A DNA stretch of 64,000 bases from Raillietiella orientalis (GCA_036172245.1 JAYWIR010000009.1:4278001-4342000); one strand, 5' to 3'. Shown: positions 1 through 13,479, counted from the first letter of the stretch. Program-made: numbers and translations. Notes: generated from the sequence alone by a model not told the origin.

Positions 1-112
1 ATCGCAGGGGTCACCCTCCTCCTGCAGTGCTCCGTTGTCGCGAGCTTCTATTTATGGAGGGTTTAACTGTGTAAGCGAACGACCTCGTGGTGGTGATTGT
101 GGAGGCGCACTG

Positions 113-113
<1 letters not shown>

Positions 114-144
<31 letters not shown>
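114..144. repeat. (TG)n microsatellite
   Basis: Direct tandem TG run. Confidence 0.95.
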
Positions 145-146
<2 letters not shown>

Positions 147-557
147 GCTCTGTAATTTGTCACTTGGCGCGAGTCATGGCAGGTCACTCGTTCCACCGTT
201 TGCACATCCGAGCTAGCTCTTCTTCTTCTTCCACCTGCTCCGGAGCGTGGGTGAGAGGAGAGGTCACTGTGGGCGGCGATCTCGTAAGCGAAAAAGTGTG
301 GATGCAAAGTGTGTGGACGTCGCTCGCGGGGGGGGGGGGAGCCAAGGCATCGCCAGAGCTTTCGCGGAAGCGTCGCTGCCTCCGCCGTCTTGAGATCTTC
401 CGTGCGCCTTCTTCTTCGCGCTCGGTTTGTGGCTTCGCGCCAGGGATGCGGGGATGGCAGTTCCCGATTTCCCTCCGGCGATGGCTTCCGGCAGCTGGTT
501 AATATGGGGGTGATTTTTCTTTTTCCCCTTTTTTTTTTTTTTTTCTTCTTTTTCCAG

Positions 558-1486
558 GTGACGGTTGCGTGGACAAGCCACTGTCCACGTTGTGGAAAAA
601 CTACCAGCACAAGAAATCCGACATGCACATGAGGTTGACCGTGACCGCCAACGGGCTGCGAGTTGCAACAGCCGAGCACGGGATCACAGAATATTGGAGT
701 AACCGAATCACCTACTGCTGCTCCCACCCCCAGTACCCTAAAGTGTTCTGCTGGATATACCGCCACGAAGGCAAGAAACTGAAGCAGGAGCTGCGCTGCC
801 ATGCGGTGCTCTGTCCGGGAAGCAGGAAAACCCCCCAGAAAATCGAGAACCTTCTCAGAGAAAGACTGACGTTGGCGTTCTTCGAGTTCAAGAGGAACAA
901 AATCCTCAGGCAGAACATGCGCCTGAGCTGGATGAACTACCTGTGTGATAACCCCGGCCTCCCGAAGCGCAAGCTCCTGCTCTGCACGGGATCGCAGAAC
1001 TACAAGCCTCCCCTGGAGCGCTGTAAATCGGCTCCGAAGCTGCCTGTGATAGAGGAATCTCCCGAGGAGGAAGGTGCCATCGTCGCCGGCATGTTCCTAG
1101 TGGGTGACGAGTACGAGGAGATCGTCTCCAACTCGGTCTCCGAGTGCGCGTCCGACCTTGGCACGGATTTCGAATCCCAGTTCGTGGAGAGCGATACGGA
1201 GATCTTTTCCTCCCCATCCCGTCGCGCGAGCAAACAGACGTTCCCGGACGGTTTCCGCAACGACGTCCTGTACGTCGGGCGTCCCGAAAAAGTGGCGGAC
1301 GCGGAGGGGAGCGCAGAGCATTTCCCGCTGGCGGACATTTTGTGCGACCTGCCCTTGCCGCCGACCATGCTGCCTCAGGACACGGACAGCTTCAGCGACG
1401 AAAGCGGTTACTCGGAGGAGAAGCCCTGCTCGCTGTACCTGTCGGAACCCGATTACGATAGAATTGTCTTTGTGTGTTCTCTGTGA
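558..1486 (+). CDS. FAM43A: FAM43A/B-like PTB(PID)-domain protein, terminal coding exon (upstream exon(s) outside the window or not identified)
   Basis: Long polypyrimidine tract and CAG acceptor at 555-557. Translation GDGCVDKPLSTLWKNY...RITYC..HPQYPKVFCWIYRHEGKKLKQELRCHAVLC...YKPPLERCKSAPKL matches recalled FAM43 motifs (LRCHAVL, YKPPVERSRSAPKL). Stop at 1484-1486. Confidence 0.9.
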
Positions 1487-1769
1487 TGTCCCGGACAGGT
1501 TTATAGCATTTATTTTTCACTACGATAATATAGAGAGTATCCAGCGAACTGTGTACTGATTATTGGCCTGCGCGTACATTCCCTTTTGATTCGTACTTTG
1601 GCGATGACGTTTTGGGCATCGGCGGCTTCGCTTGTACGTCGTGTCTTCCAGGGGATCGCCGTCCCAAAGGGGGCAATCTGAACAGAATTCCAGAACTTTT
1701 TCCTTTTTCTCTGAAACGCTGCACGCACTCGGGCGCACATCCGCGAATCGAATACTAAAATGGGGAGTA

Positions 1770-2080
1770 GGCTGCTCTAAGGATTTAATTGGCGGGAGCA
1801 TGAAGTTTTGGGAACGATTACAGCCAAGCCGGCGGAGATTCCGGACTTCATTATCTGCCTGGAAACGTGACGTGGAGGCGAAAAACCGCTGCTCCCGTTC
1901 TTCCGGCCTGTGCAATTATGCGCCCGTTCTTATTTCAGGAAATGCGTCTCCCGGAGGCCTGTCCCAGAGATCGCGCCGAAGAAAGAGTGGACAAAGGCTG
2001 CTGCTGGAATCCGACTCGCGTCCGGATTCTTCTCAGCTGCGTTGCCATGCGCGTCTCCTGGAGCCGTGAACATCTATTTG
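1770..2080 (+). pseudogene. Possible degenerate SmydA-like (SET-N/MYND) fragment
   Basis: GVGCSKDLIGGSMKFWERL resembles GRxxVATRDIxxGExIxxExPL; followed by ICLE and NRCSRSSGLC Cys remnants across frames. Confidence 0.35.
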
Positions 2081-3169
2081 GCACCTGTGTTGGGATGAAC
2101 GACGAGAGTTGCTTTCGCCATCCCTTTCACGCTTATTAGGAACGTTTGCCGTCGTCGTCTTCCATGCTCACGTGTCCCTCATAAGCCGAGGTTGCGATGT
2201 TGAGGAGGCACCTACCCACGGGCAAATCGTCTCTCCTTGGTAGCGGGGGGAGGGAGGGGGGCAGCTGCGAACGACCGGGAGCGCAGCGAAGGATTTTTTA
2301 GACACATGATGTAAGAAAGGAGGGGAAGAGGTCCTTCTTCAAAGATATCATTTTGAACTCTGTGCTTGTTTTCGAAGGACCCTGAAACGGGGAACCGCAG
2401 GGAAGAATCGAATTTTTTTCTTCCCTTTCTCGTATGCAGTTGTGCGGCTCTGCAGCACCGCCGCATAAGACCGCGGGGAGGGAGTCCGTCCAAGCACCTT
2501 CCTCGCAAGCTATGAAGACCTCATCCATCTAGTAGAACGCACGAAAAACTTGAGTAAGGCTCGAAGGAGCAAAGAAGGTCTTTCCGTCTTCGTGTGTATC
2601 GGAATAAGCAGCAAGGCATGAAGGACATGACTCGTCAGTCTGCAAAGTGGAACGAAGTGGACGATCAGTGTGGAAAACGTGTCTGCCAAGAACAGCAGCG
2701 AGGAAGAAAGCGGAAGACTTGCGAGAGTTGAACACCCCATCAGTTGGAGGCACACTTTTTTTCCTCTCCTCACGCCCCCCTCTCACAGCGATGTGCAAAC
2801 TCAAGTAAAGTGTAAAACTTCGATTCTTCGTGGTGGTTTAAAGAACATCGTGGTTCGAGTTCGAAATGCGAGTCGCTCGACCACGGTCTGCCGGCAGACT
2901 CAGTGACTTCTACGGAAGATGAAAAATCATTTGCTGGAGTGTTTGCCGATCGGGTAGGTCTGCTGTGTATTTTAAGGAACCGTCAACAGCCCGCGTTGGC
3001 GGCTCAGGATGACGCTGGCTGACCTATTGGGAGCCGGTTCCCTTCGGGGTTGTTCCCCTTCCTAGGGGTAGAACCCTCCATCGCGTACCGCCGAGCTGGT
3101 TGACACCCTTCTCGAGGAGTTGGCTCTCCACAGTGTGAGAAACGCCCTTCAAAGAAGTAGGGAAGCATC

Positions 3170-3412
3170 CCTTCGGTCACCAACAAGGAGAGGTTCCATT
3201 GAGGGTTCAGTCCGGAGAAGAAATAAGGGAGCAGTCCCTCCGGAGAGAGCAAGGAAGAGGGGTATCCCCGACAACCCAGAGAGTTGGCACGCACCCTAGG
3301 GGTGGCGCGGACAGTTGGCTTCGTGAGCCCCCCTAAGGAGGCGAGCTGTTCTTCAGTGGCTGGCGAACACGAAAAAAAAAAAAGGGAAGCTAGAAGGAAA
3401 GCAGCCGAAGAG
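3170..3412 (+). repeat. Unclassified dispersed repeat family B, copy 1
   Basis: Shares the core CACGCACCCTNGGGTGGC, an A-tract and a purine-rich tail with 4430-4712, 40615-40990 (-) and 42869-43022. Confidence 0.7.
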
Positions 3413-3519
3413 CTTGAAAGCATTTCCATCATCTTCGATTTCAGTCGCCATGACGGTGGGGGGGGGGGGGACACTGTGAAGGGGAGAAGGAAAGATGTTG
3501 GAAGAATGGGGGCTGTCGG

Positions 3520-3900
3520 TGACCGTCCCGGCGAACTCTTTTCCTAGTAGTGGTAATCATGAAACGCGCACGAATGGGAAAACGATCAGCATCTGTGCAA
3601 CACGGCGCTGCGCCGCAAGGGCTTTTGCGATGCAGCAGATAGAGCCAGGGATCCAGAAAGCCGGTTCCGCTCGTCCCGAGAGCAAGGGCATGGAATCCTG
3701 TGCATGCGGGGATTCGAGAGAGAGAGCAGGCTTTGCCGATTCCTCGCGCCACGCCAGCTGAACGGATTCCAAATGCTCTGTGCCAGGATTTCGGAACTGA
3801 GGGCATTCGTCTCTCCCAGCCTTCTTTTGAAACCTTCTCTCCGTTACGTGCCATTGGGCGGATGGCACCGCACCGAGCGCGGAGTCGGGATGCGAAATGC
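3520..3900 (+). pseudogene. Degenerate SmydA-like SET-C/post-SET fragment
   Basis: Ordered remnants FPSSGNHETRTN (~YPxxxxNHxCxPN), RPESKGMESCAC (~IxKGEEI), GFQ.CAR..ELRAFVSP (~FxCxCxRCxDPTELGTF) and WHRTERG (~WxCxxCG), with frameshifts. Confidence 0.55.
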
Positions 3901-4429
3901 CGTTCGCGATCCTTCGCAAGTCATCTTTACCAGAGCGCAAGATTCTCTTCCCAGGTTCGGCTCTCTTGGACGCCGGGCAGTCGCTGGAAGCAACAAGAAC
4001 ACGGTCGTCGGTCGACCGTTGCCGTCCAGAAGATTTTTGCGCGGTCCACTCGAGAGCAATTCGGAAGTTGAAGACAGAAAAATGGTCTCCTTCCAGACTC
4101 GACGTCCACACGAACTTTATTTATTTATTTTTTTTAAATAAAGGATGAATGTTTTTTTTTTCCTTTAGCTTTCCACCACGGAAACGAAAGGAGGGGGGGG
4201 GGGGAGTGGATGTACAAACAAAAAAGGATCTCGTTTGCGTTCCCTAAGACCCTTTGGTGAAACATCGGGATTTTTCATCAATCAATATCCCCGAAGATTA
4301 ATAACGCGAACTCCCATAAGTCCTGGAAAAACTCTTAAGGCTAATTGAAAATGTCCCGTTTCCGGTGTGCTGCCTCCGCGTGAGAGTGGGAGACCCGCGA
4401 CGGGAACACCAAGTGTACGTTCCCGTCCC

Positions 4430-4712
4430 AGACAACCAGGATGGAGAGTTCCCTTCTAGGATCCCTCCCTCAAGAGTCAGAGAGGAACAAACTCCATTCC
4501 TCCGGAGCCATCCTGGATTCATAGGGTGGTCCCCTCCCGGGATACTTCCTATAACTTGAAGAGTTAACACGCACCCTCGGGTGGCGTAAACGGTGTTAAG
4601 GAGCTCCGTGAGCTGACAGGCGAACGGTTCTTCAGAACTTTGCGAACCAAAAAAAAAACAAACTCTAAAAAAAAAAAAAGAACGGAGGGAAAACAGCGAA
4701 ACAGAAAAGAAC
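4430..4712 (+). repeat. Unclassified dispersed repeat family B, copy 2
   Basis: TTGAAGAGTTAACACGCACCCTCGGGTGGC core, A-tracts, and a GAAAACAGCGAA..GAAAAGAACC tail shared with 42869-43022. Confidence 0.75.
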
Positions 4713-4779
4713 CTCAAAGGATATACATCATCCCGCTTGGTGTCGGTCGGTAGGCGTGGACCGGGTGGCCGGACTGGTT

Positions 4780-6382
4780 CCGCTTGGGGATCCCCACGAA
4801 CGGGTACTTCAAGCAATTTGGAGTTCCGTTGGGGGACTTCTGCGTTGCAGAAGCCCTGGTCCGGCCGTCTCCAGAAAGTGAAGATGGTGCTCGACCCTTT
4901 CCAGAACGGCAAATTTTACTTAAGGGCTTACTTACGTTTGCGGCTGCCCTCCTCTGCCCCCTATTTTTGGTTTGCCCCATCCCACCCAACATCTGGAAAA
5001 GAACAGAGGACCTCTTGAAGAACACCCTTTGGGGCAGAAGCGGTCCAGAGTCCGACTCAAAGAACTGTGTGCTCCGCGCGAGGATGGTGAACTAGGCCCC
5101 CTTACGCTAGAGTTTATGTAGCGTCAGCTCCCATTCAGAAGACCCGCCCTTGAGGTGAAGTTTTGGACAAGGCCTTGGTGCGCACCTGAAAGCCTCCTCA
5201 CGAAGAGCGCAGCCGGATGCGAGGGACCCACATCCCTCCTCGTCGCTCGCAAGTGATGTCTGAGGCGCTGCGGTTGCCAACTCCGCCAGATGCTTGCCCT
5301 GGTGGAGGAGAACACCTGGATCTCCTGCCTCCCAGCGAGCTGCACTGTCTGGCCTCATGAGTCGGTCTTCTCCTAGAGAAAGATCCACGGTGCGAGCGAG
5401 GCAGCAAAGGGATTTCAGCACTCGCAAGTCGTTGGAGATGCGATGTTCCGCAACCCGCAGAAGATACGGTGGGCTTCGTCCACCCATCTTGCTCCTGTGC
5501 TGCCCTCGCTATGGGACGGCGTAATCCGGGCAAGGTGGGAAGCGACTTGCTGCATAGAAGCACAGAAGAAACTTCTGGGCAGGTGCACAACTCGGAGGTG
5601 ACGGCCTCTGCTGCTCCGAGTGTCTCGCCAAAAGGAATTGTACGCAGGGGAGAGTGGTCAGGCATCCCTCCGGAGAGGAGGGGAGGTGGCCCCCAGCATG
5701 CTGGAACAGCAACACCCTCCCCCTCGGGTGGAGGGAGTTTGCGTTGCTGATGCTGCATGGGGGAATCCCGTGCAAAGCGCGCCTTCACCACTGAACACGG
5801 AGGAGAGCGCGCACTCTCAGAGTGCGTCAGCTGAGGGAAGAAGGCGTCCCTCCCGCACCTGCTGTTGGACTGTGCTGCACTCCGACTCCTTTATGATCGC
5901 CTCGCAGAGACCGGCGTCTGAAAAATGAATTCTCAGCAGTGATTTTTCGTCTGAAAATGTCCCTGGACACTCGGTCCCAGGGACATTTTCAGACGCCTCT
6001 TCGTGTGCGGTGCCGCACTACCGCCATCCGCGTCCCACGCAGTCCTCTGCTGCATCCTCGCTATCGTGGCAGCCTGGAACGCGGGAGGAAGAGGTCAGAA
6101 TGGCGGAGACGACATCCACTGGACGCGGATCTTCCTGAGGACCGCCTCGAGATGGACCCACCTGGACGTTTTACGGACGGAACTTGCCGGCATCCTGAAT
6201 AGGATTCAGAGGACGCCGGGAAGCGTGTGGAACATCCCCCCCTCTCCTCTTCCCTGTTTTTGTGTGTTTATTTTTGTTGTTGTTGTTGTTTTTGCTTTCC
6301 CCTCCCAGTATTCGACAGGTTCACTGCGCGTGTAATTTTTTTTTATTTGATATAATAAATGTCCCGGCATAACCGGGTGACA
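4780..6382 (+). mobile_element. 5'-truncated, decayed L1/Tx1-type non-LTR retrotransposon (family A)
   Basis: Post-RT remnants (KQFGVPL, WSGRLQKVK, IPPNIWKRTEDLLKNTLWG), then zinc-knuckle region (ALLMLHG.PCKARLHH..C.SC...SLPHLLLDC), C-terminus ELAGILNRIQR, T-rich 3'UTR, AATAAA at 6354 and terminal stem-loop. Confidence 0.75.
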
Positions 6383-6399
6383 TTCATCGTGCTGGCGAC

Positions 6400-6830
6400 C
6401 TTGTGCGCTTCCGTTGCAGTGTGCGCGTCTGCAAGTGCTCCGCGTTGCCTCCAGGATCGAGCTGTCCTCTCATCCTGCTTCAGAGATGTGCGTCGCGATT
6501 GCTGGCGGCAAAAGATTTGTATGTGTTTGTGTTGTACGTCCTCAAAAGTGCGGATGGAAGAAGAAGTGTTTGTCAGAGAGTCCACTGGTCACGGCCATCT
6601 TTTCATCCCCAGGAACAGCAGCAGCCGAGCGTTAGGGGGCGGACGCCGACTGAGCGCATTGGGAGAGTGCATTTCACGCAGTAGAGCCTGCTTGAAGCTG
6701 TAGCATCTTCATCCTGTCTCCATCCTGGTGCATCCACGTGGCCTTTGTGCATCTTGGACCGCTGACAGGCTCCGGATGTTATTCGCGAAACATCACGTTC
6801 CCAGCGTGCGTGCACCGCATCGCATGCGAT
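6400..6830 (+). pseudogene. Degenerate SmydA-like N-terminal fragment (MYND + SET-N + second Cys cluster)
   Basis: AVCASASAPRCLQDRAV..C.RD.RRDCWRQKIC (MYND-like), VRESTGHGHL..R, RACL, WPLCILD and HHVP appear in the expected order. Confidence 0.55.
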
Positions 6831-6989
6831 CCAAAACGTCACCGGAAGGAAGGACCGAGCAGTCGGTGTTCCTAGTGCGACGGTGCCAGTCGAACTCCCG
6901 GACGATTATAAAAATTAAATGTAAATGTCCGTTAAAAAATAAACATATGCCGAATAAATATATAATTATTGAATTATAAGAAATACTTC

Positions 6990-7510
6990 TATTAAAGATG
7001 GTGGGGTAAAAAAAAAAAAAAAAAAAAAAAAGACGAAAAAAAGAAATCTGGCACTGTCTTTTCCTGTCATTTCCAACAATTAGCGAATGAAAATTCCTCA
7101 ACAATTGATGGATTCTATTTTAGGGATTTCCAGCGTTCGATAAATATATATGTGTGTTTATAATGTGATATTTATATAGTCATTAAATATATACTATGGC
7201 ATATATTTTTATATGTAATACACACATGTATTTATAATCTTTACTGTATATATCCATAACATCTTAATGCACATCATCAACGAACTATAGTAATATGTAT
7301 ATGTATGTCAATAGTAATATGTATGTCATAAATACATGTTAAATGGTGCTATTAATATTAATAAATTTGTAAATGAATCTCTATATAAAGATATATATAT
7401 TAACATACACAATGAGAATATATGTTTTTTGTAACCTTTGTAATATGCACTAATCTATATATAAATATGCATAGTAATATGCTAATCTGTATATTATTAT
7501 GTATAATAAA
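6990..7510. repeat. AT-rich repeat (family D) plus low-complexity AT tract
   Basis: AATCTGGCA...TTTCC.GTCATTT segment resembles the reverse complement of 36420-36510; it is followed by a TA-rich tract. Confidence 0.5.
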
Positions 7511-8199
7511 CGTGGGCATTTGTTTTTCATTATCTTTCGGGATTTTGAACTCCCAATGGGAAAAAACTCTTCCGTTTCGACTTTCGGTGCTTTGCTTCGG
7601 AGTGTCAAGGTGGATGCGCAGCACGCGGTGACCTCGTACGCGAGGGCCAACGGCGGAACTGCGGGGGAGGGGGAGGGGGGGGAGGCAGGATGCCAACGGA
7701 TCGCATTTTCCGAATCTTAGAAATCGATCGATTCCGTCCGCTCATCAGTTCACCTTGGATGTCACTCGGGGGGATCCCAACAGCCTACGGGTGCTGCGGA
7801 GGGGAGAAGGAAGAGTGCAGCGACCACCATTGGACACGGTCGACGCGGCGGCAGCCCCGGCGCGGCTGCTGCCGCCGCCACCGCCGCCACCGCCGCACTC
7901 CTCTTGCAGGAACGAAAAAGTCCCTCGCCCACCTGTGAGGATCAAGGTGAGCCCTCCGCAGGGGTCGCACGTTACTGCTCGTCGTCCAAGTCCACTCAAA
8001 CCACCGTTCACATGCAAAAGAGGACAGGCATTCCTTAGCCAGCTGCATATCTCGAGTGGATAATTTTTCCTTCGTAGACGTGACCCGTTGCCATGACAAC
8101 GAAGCGACGACTGGATCGGCGGAAATGCAGGCGAAACAGCATGGGAAACTCCGTGAAACACACCAAACAACCCCTATTTCCCTGCGAATGAGCCACCAC

Positions 8200-8900
8200 C
8201 GCCTTGAACCTTCCTGGAAGCGTTGCGCGGACGCTCCAGTGGGTTCGCCAACGGTCCTCACGTGCTCGCGTGCAACCAACCCTTGCAGGTCGATCGTCTC
8301 AGTTCGCCGTAACCCCGCTGCTTCACGAGCTGGGCGCTTCCCCGGGCGGCCGCCACAGGGAATCCGGGGGCTTGCTGAGGATCGGCGCTTCGAACCCCTC
8401 CCGTCTTTCTCCACCGCGCCCGCGTGTTCCCGCGTCGTGAATCGAGAGCGTCGGGGGACTCGCCCATCAAGCGGACCGACGGGCCCGCCGTGCGCTGGAG
8501 CCCCGGACGCAGAGAGGTGAAGGCCCGTCCGGGTGACCTCGCCCGGAAGGCATTTCGCGGCGCCGGTTGCTGGTGGACGGGGTGTGGGTCCGATGAGCTG
8601 GAGCGGCAGGAGGCGGTTGCGACCTGGGTTGCCACGCCGGGAATGCGCCCCAAACGCAGGAAGAAGAGCAGCATCTCACCTCACTCGCAGCTCACGCGAG
8701 AAATTGGGAATGCATCCCGGGGAGCGCCAAGGTGCACAGCAGTTACGGGGTTGCTCCTTTTTCGGTGCTTCTTTTTGGAATCCACGGAGGGGAGGCCTCC
8801 CGGTAGGACGTCATCGCTCCGTCTTTCCCCTGCCCGACTCGCGATGGAGGGAATCCGTTTCAACAATGCCGACAAGGGGAATCGAACAAACAAACGCGTT
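8200..8900 (-). pseudogene. Degenerate SmydA-like SET-C/post-SET fragment
   Basis: RFPLSALLKRIPS (~YPLSALLNHxCxPN), KDGAM..IPK..KG, LLFF.CV (post-SET) across frameshifts. Confidence 0.45.
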
Positions 8901-8999
8901 CGCCATGGCGACGCCTGCCGGTTCCCTGCGGCCCGCGCGAGGGTGAAGCACCGTCGCGAAGGGCGCGCCCTTCGCGATCCTCAAGCAGCTCAGCGGAGT

Positions 9000-9970
9000 C
9001 CAGGATGGTACCCTCCCGCACGCACGGATGCTGGATTCCCTTTTCGGGAGTGCTTGCAGGGTGTCCCGGTCCTCCTGAGAGGATGCTGCTCAGGAAGAAC
9101 GCCACCTGGGAGCACCCGCACGCTTGGGTTGCAGCGGGGCGCGGCACCGTCTTCTCCTTCCAGTAGCCCTCGCAGCATCTCGCAGTTCGGGTTTGTCTTC
9201 CAGCCCGGTCGCCTGCCTCACCACTCCCCAATCCTGGACCAGGGTGCGACAAGTGTGTGTTAATGTGCAAGTCGTCTTCGGTCGATCCGCACTCTGGACA
9301 CCGGTCGTTCCCGGTCCTTCGTTGGTGGTGGAACATCAGGAGGCAGTCCTGAATGCCTCTTTGGCTCTTTTGCGCGTGTCTGTGTTGCTGGTTGCGGAGT
9401 TCACCCTGGACTACTACGTGCCTTGGGCTTGCCAGAGCTCGCGGGTCCTATGGGTCATCCTCTATTCCGTGGATCTCCTGTGGGCGAGGACTCGTCGCGC
9501 GTGGATGACTCCGCCGTTCCTCAGTCTCCCTCATGTTTTCGAGGTCGTATTCTTCGCTTCGTGGATCCGGGCTCGCGTGTCCCATGGAGCGACGGGACAG
9601 CCTTGGCGAGTTTGTCCCGGAGTTCTCTGCTCCTGGGAACGGTCTTGATCTTCAGAGTCCTCAGGCGGCCCTGGATCCTTGGCCATGTCGGGTCGACACT
9701 TTTCCAGTCGCTCGCTGGGAGAGGCACTGCAGGCATCGGTCGTCGGTTCCGGCAGCCTCCTCGCGCGCAGGCGTGGGTGGAGCGCTCGCGGCCAGTCGTC
9801 CCACGGACTCGCGGCTCGGACGGCATGTCTGAGGTCCCGGAGCTTCACGGCAGTGACACTGTCGTCGCGTGTGCCGGTGCTTCCTTCTGCCCACGGGCGC
9901 GACACCATCTCGAGCAACCAAGGGATCGTCAGGGGTTTCCCAGGCAACCTGGGGATTCTTTTGTATGGAA
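9000..9970 (-). mobile_element. Decayed L1/Tx1-type ORF2 C-terminal fragment (second subfamily)
   Basis: IQDCLLMFHHQ...RCPECGSTEDDLHI, then frameshift to TCRTLVQDWGVVRQATG: CCHC knuckle typical of L1-clade ORF2. Confidence 0.6.
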
Positions 9971-9971
9971 G

Positions 9972-10230
9972 TTTTGTCACCCGGTCACGCAGGAGAGTTC
10001 ATTTTACAAAAAAGCATTTGGGAAGATGCAGTTTCCGACCGAAGACAAAAAGAAGTTTGAGGGGAGCGTTCACGGGATGACGGAAGGTCCGGAGCGGTGG
10101 AGGGGATCGGGAGACAACAAAAGGAAAAAATAAATAAATTGGGTGGGAGAGGGCGGGGATCTTTGGGTTCGCTCCGTGTGCACCGGGATAGAAACAAAAA
10201 AACACTGGGGATGTTACGGAGCGAACGGGA
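9972..10230 (-). mobile_element. LINE 3' end (3'UTR remnant)
   Basis: Minus strand ends AATGAA...CCGGGTGACAAAA, the same terminus as the family A copies; T-rich UTR upstream. Confidence 0.5.
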
Positions 10231-10599
10231 ATGGGGAATGAGGAAAAATAAATTGTTAAATAAAGGGAAGAGAAGGGGATACGGGTCACCGGTGTCCTCC
10301 GTTCCTAACTATCCATCAACCGGCGATGGATGCCGGCGATCCCTGTCTCAACTTCCTCCAGGTGAGGCCACCTTGTAGCCGTCCTTACGTAGGCGACTGC
10401 CATCCCGGCGACCTCCCTTCGCGGCTTCGCGGTCGTCCCGAGCTCACGGCGGGCCGTGACAATGGCACGGATGCGGCCCCACGGTTGCGACCACCGCGCC
10501 CGTCGAGAGTCCGTCGTACAAGAAGAACCGCTGCAGCAACACATCGCGGGCGGTGCCCTCCTGGTGCGAGAGTGTTGCTGCCAGCCTCCGCCCTGAGAG

Positions 10600-11250
10600 T
10601 TGGCACCCGGTGGGGCATTTATTAATAAAACTCTCTATACATTTATGTGTATAGAGAGTATCCGTATTGAAAGGGGACGATCCGTATTGAAGGCCCCACC
10701 ACGGCCATCAATACGGATCGTCCCCTCTCGTATGGGAGAGGGGACGATCCGGGCGACCCTGCGGCCCGAAGAAGCTGGGTCATCCTGTCGAAGGCGACCC
10801 ATTTCGTGGCTGGCACACGTCTGCGGGACTACTTGCCTTCGCGCGCGTGTCGTTCGGCAGAGTTCGTGATCCTCACTCGAGGGATGCTGCACTTCGTCAG
10901 CGGCTCATTCTTCATCCAACAGCACCTGAAGTTCTCAGGAGGGACTGGCAGCATCCCAGGGTGGTAATCATCTCCGCTTTGTTTTGAGATGGAGGCTTTG
11001 TTTACCACCGCCACCAGCGGCAGCAGCAGCAACAACAACAACAACAACGACGAAAACCTGGACGAATGTGAGCCCCTGAGCCTTATTTGGCTGCCACACC
11101 CTATTCCGCAGCGCGGTCTGCCCTCAGGGCAAGCAGCGGCACTAGCCAACCGGCAGTGTGGGAGTCCTCTCGCACCGCCGCGGGAGCGACCAGACTCCAA
11201 GATGACGAGCTGGCCGTCGCCGCTGTTTCGTGATCTGAGGCCAGGGGGTC
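10600..11250 (-). mobile_element. LINE 3' fragment
   Basis: Minus strand ends AATAAATGCCCCACCGGGTGCCA; GCAGCATCC..GAGGA segment is similar to 9070-9095 (-). Confidence 0.45.
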
Positions 11251-11299
11251 GCTAATGGCGTACTCTGCATGACTGGGGGGTGGATCCTCTCCCTTTGAG

Positions 11300-11950
11300 C
11301 TGACGCTTCGGCGGTGCTGCCCCTTGAGGTGGAAGGAAGACGTGCTGCTGCTGCTGCTCCTGCACCGGGAGGTTTCCCGAGCCCACACCTCGTCTCCGGA
11401 GGCAAAGGGGAGGTTGGGAGGGGGAAGAAGCAGCACTCCCAATCCGTTCGAGGCTCGGGGGGACCGTTCCAATCGTTCCCGCCGCACTCGCTGCTGGGAT
11501 GCTCCAGGAGCTGCGGCGGAGACTGGCAGCAAGAGGATTTGCTGCGGCGATTCTTCGCTTGCGCTACGGGCGCCGCGTATTCGAGTCGCATCCGCGCCGG
11601 TGCGGTCGCGACCCCCCGTGTTTCGGAGTTCCGCGAGCAGTCCTTGGAGGGAGGCCACCAGCACGGCAGCCGCCTATGTGAGGCGGCCTCGCCTGCAGGA
11701 AGAACAAGTCGCCCGGGGGTTCACCCACATCTCGGGAAGGCCGTAGAGAGGAAAGGACGGCCTCTCCCTCTCCCCTATCTTTTTTGGGGTTCGCGTATCG
11801 TCCTCTCCTTTTCTTTCCGGGGTATCTTCGCGTGCGACTCCGGAGGTCGCGGTTGCGGAGGCCTGGTGCTCTGGAACGTCTGACGGTGTCTGTGAAACAG
11901 CGGACTTCCGCTTTCTTGCCCCATGAACCCCCCCTCAGTTTTCGTTGCGT
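11300..11950 (-). pseudogene. Possible degenerate SmydA-like fragment
   Basis: Nucleotide resemblance to 8540-8700 and 41700-41760 around the LFF post-SET codons; motifs weak. Confidence 0.3.
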
Positions 11951-13479
11951 TTCCCAAGAGGCGAACTCCCCCTACACGTGAGCGGGTGGGAAGGACCCCC
12001 TTTTCACCCCACGCCTAGCGCTCCGCGTCCTCGGAACGCGGTTCCCCCCTCAAAAGCTTTGCCTCCCCGGCGGCATCGTGATCGGCGACCAGCGCCATCG
12101 GGATGGCATGCTGTAGGGAGGGAGACCTCTGGACCGTTTGCCCTCAGGATCGAGGTCCGCCGCGTTCTGCACCTCCCGCGTTGGCTCCTCCGTTTTCGCC
12201 TCATGGGAAAACTCCGTGGACTACGGGACTCGAGCGACGGAAGGTTGACTTTTGATTTGCCGGATTCTGGAAAGTTCATTTCTCCGAATCTCCCACGCAG
12301 GCTGATAGATAACCTTCCTCGCTTGCAACTGCTGTTTCTCTCGATTTTCAGTTCCCGAACTCTTATCGTTTATCTTATCGGTTTCTCAATCGCTCGAGTG
12401 GTGCACTAATTATCGGCCAATCATCGTTTTTTCTAAGACCTTTCCTTGATCTTCCTTGAAGAGGATCGCTTTGTGCGTGCGTGCGTGCGTGCGTGCGTGT
12501 TTTTGTTGTTGTTCTCCTTCTTCTTGAGCGACCACCGGTTCTCGTTGGTAAGCTCCTCGCATCCCGCCCGTCTGTCCTCCTTTGCGTTCTTGCGCATCTT
12601 TCCGCGGTCCCTGGAACCGCGCCGTACATTTTCTTTTCCTTCTTCCTCCTTTGGCACGCCAAAGAACGAGCACGAGCTGAGATAAAGCACGCGGATCCAA
12701 CTCTAGGTGGATGACCCCTTCGACAGCACGTATCTCGTCGGGATTGTGCAATCGGTCTTCTGGATGGGGGAGGAGGGGGAAGTGACGGTTCGTTCCGTTT
12801 CTTCGGGCACGTGGAATCCGCCGGCTTTCCGGAGGATTCTAGAAGCGACCCTTCGGTCGGGATTCCTGCAGAGGAAGAAATCCCTCAAGCAAGCAGAACT
12901 TTGGATTCGGATGCAAAGGAGATGTTGCCTTTGATCTTGATCAAAGATGCCCCGAAAGGATGCATACATAGCTCGAGTGCAAGAAGTCTTCTGCATCCCT
13001 ACATCCTGCATATTTAGAATAACAATAGCTTGTTAATAACCTATAATATATTACGTGTCAATTGACATATCAACTCTTAGGAAGGCGGTAAGCATTAATT
13101 TGATGGAATCCTTTTTTAATGCTTTGCGAAAATTGAAAAGTAAGTCGAGAAGTAGTTTAATAGGCCATTTTTGTTTACGACGAAGAGCAGGAAACTCGAA
13201 ATCCCCGAGCACTTTCTGCGCGCAGCATGAAGATGGATGGCAACTTGCCCGCTGGGCAAAGTCAAGTACTTGTGAGGAATTATTATTATTTTTTTTTAAA
13301 AAAAACGTGAATTCTGTGATGCAATCCTTCGGCTTGTCGAAGGTCCCAATTCGTTTTCTCTTTCTTCGAAAGAACAGAAGGGGGGCGTTTTCTGTTCTTT
13401 TCTTTTCTTTGTATTAAAAACAAAAAAAAAGCAAATCAGCTCCTATTCGGTACGTCTTGCCTCCCTCTTTTTGGTCGTT

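Noticed and set aside
11..802. 263-aa minus-strand ORF
   Set aside because: Antisense to the FAM43 exon and intron; runs through poly-T and (TG)n tracts.
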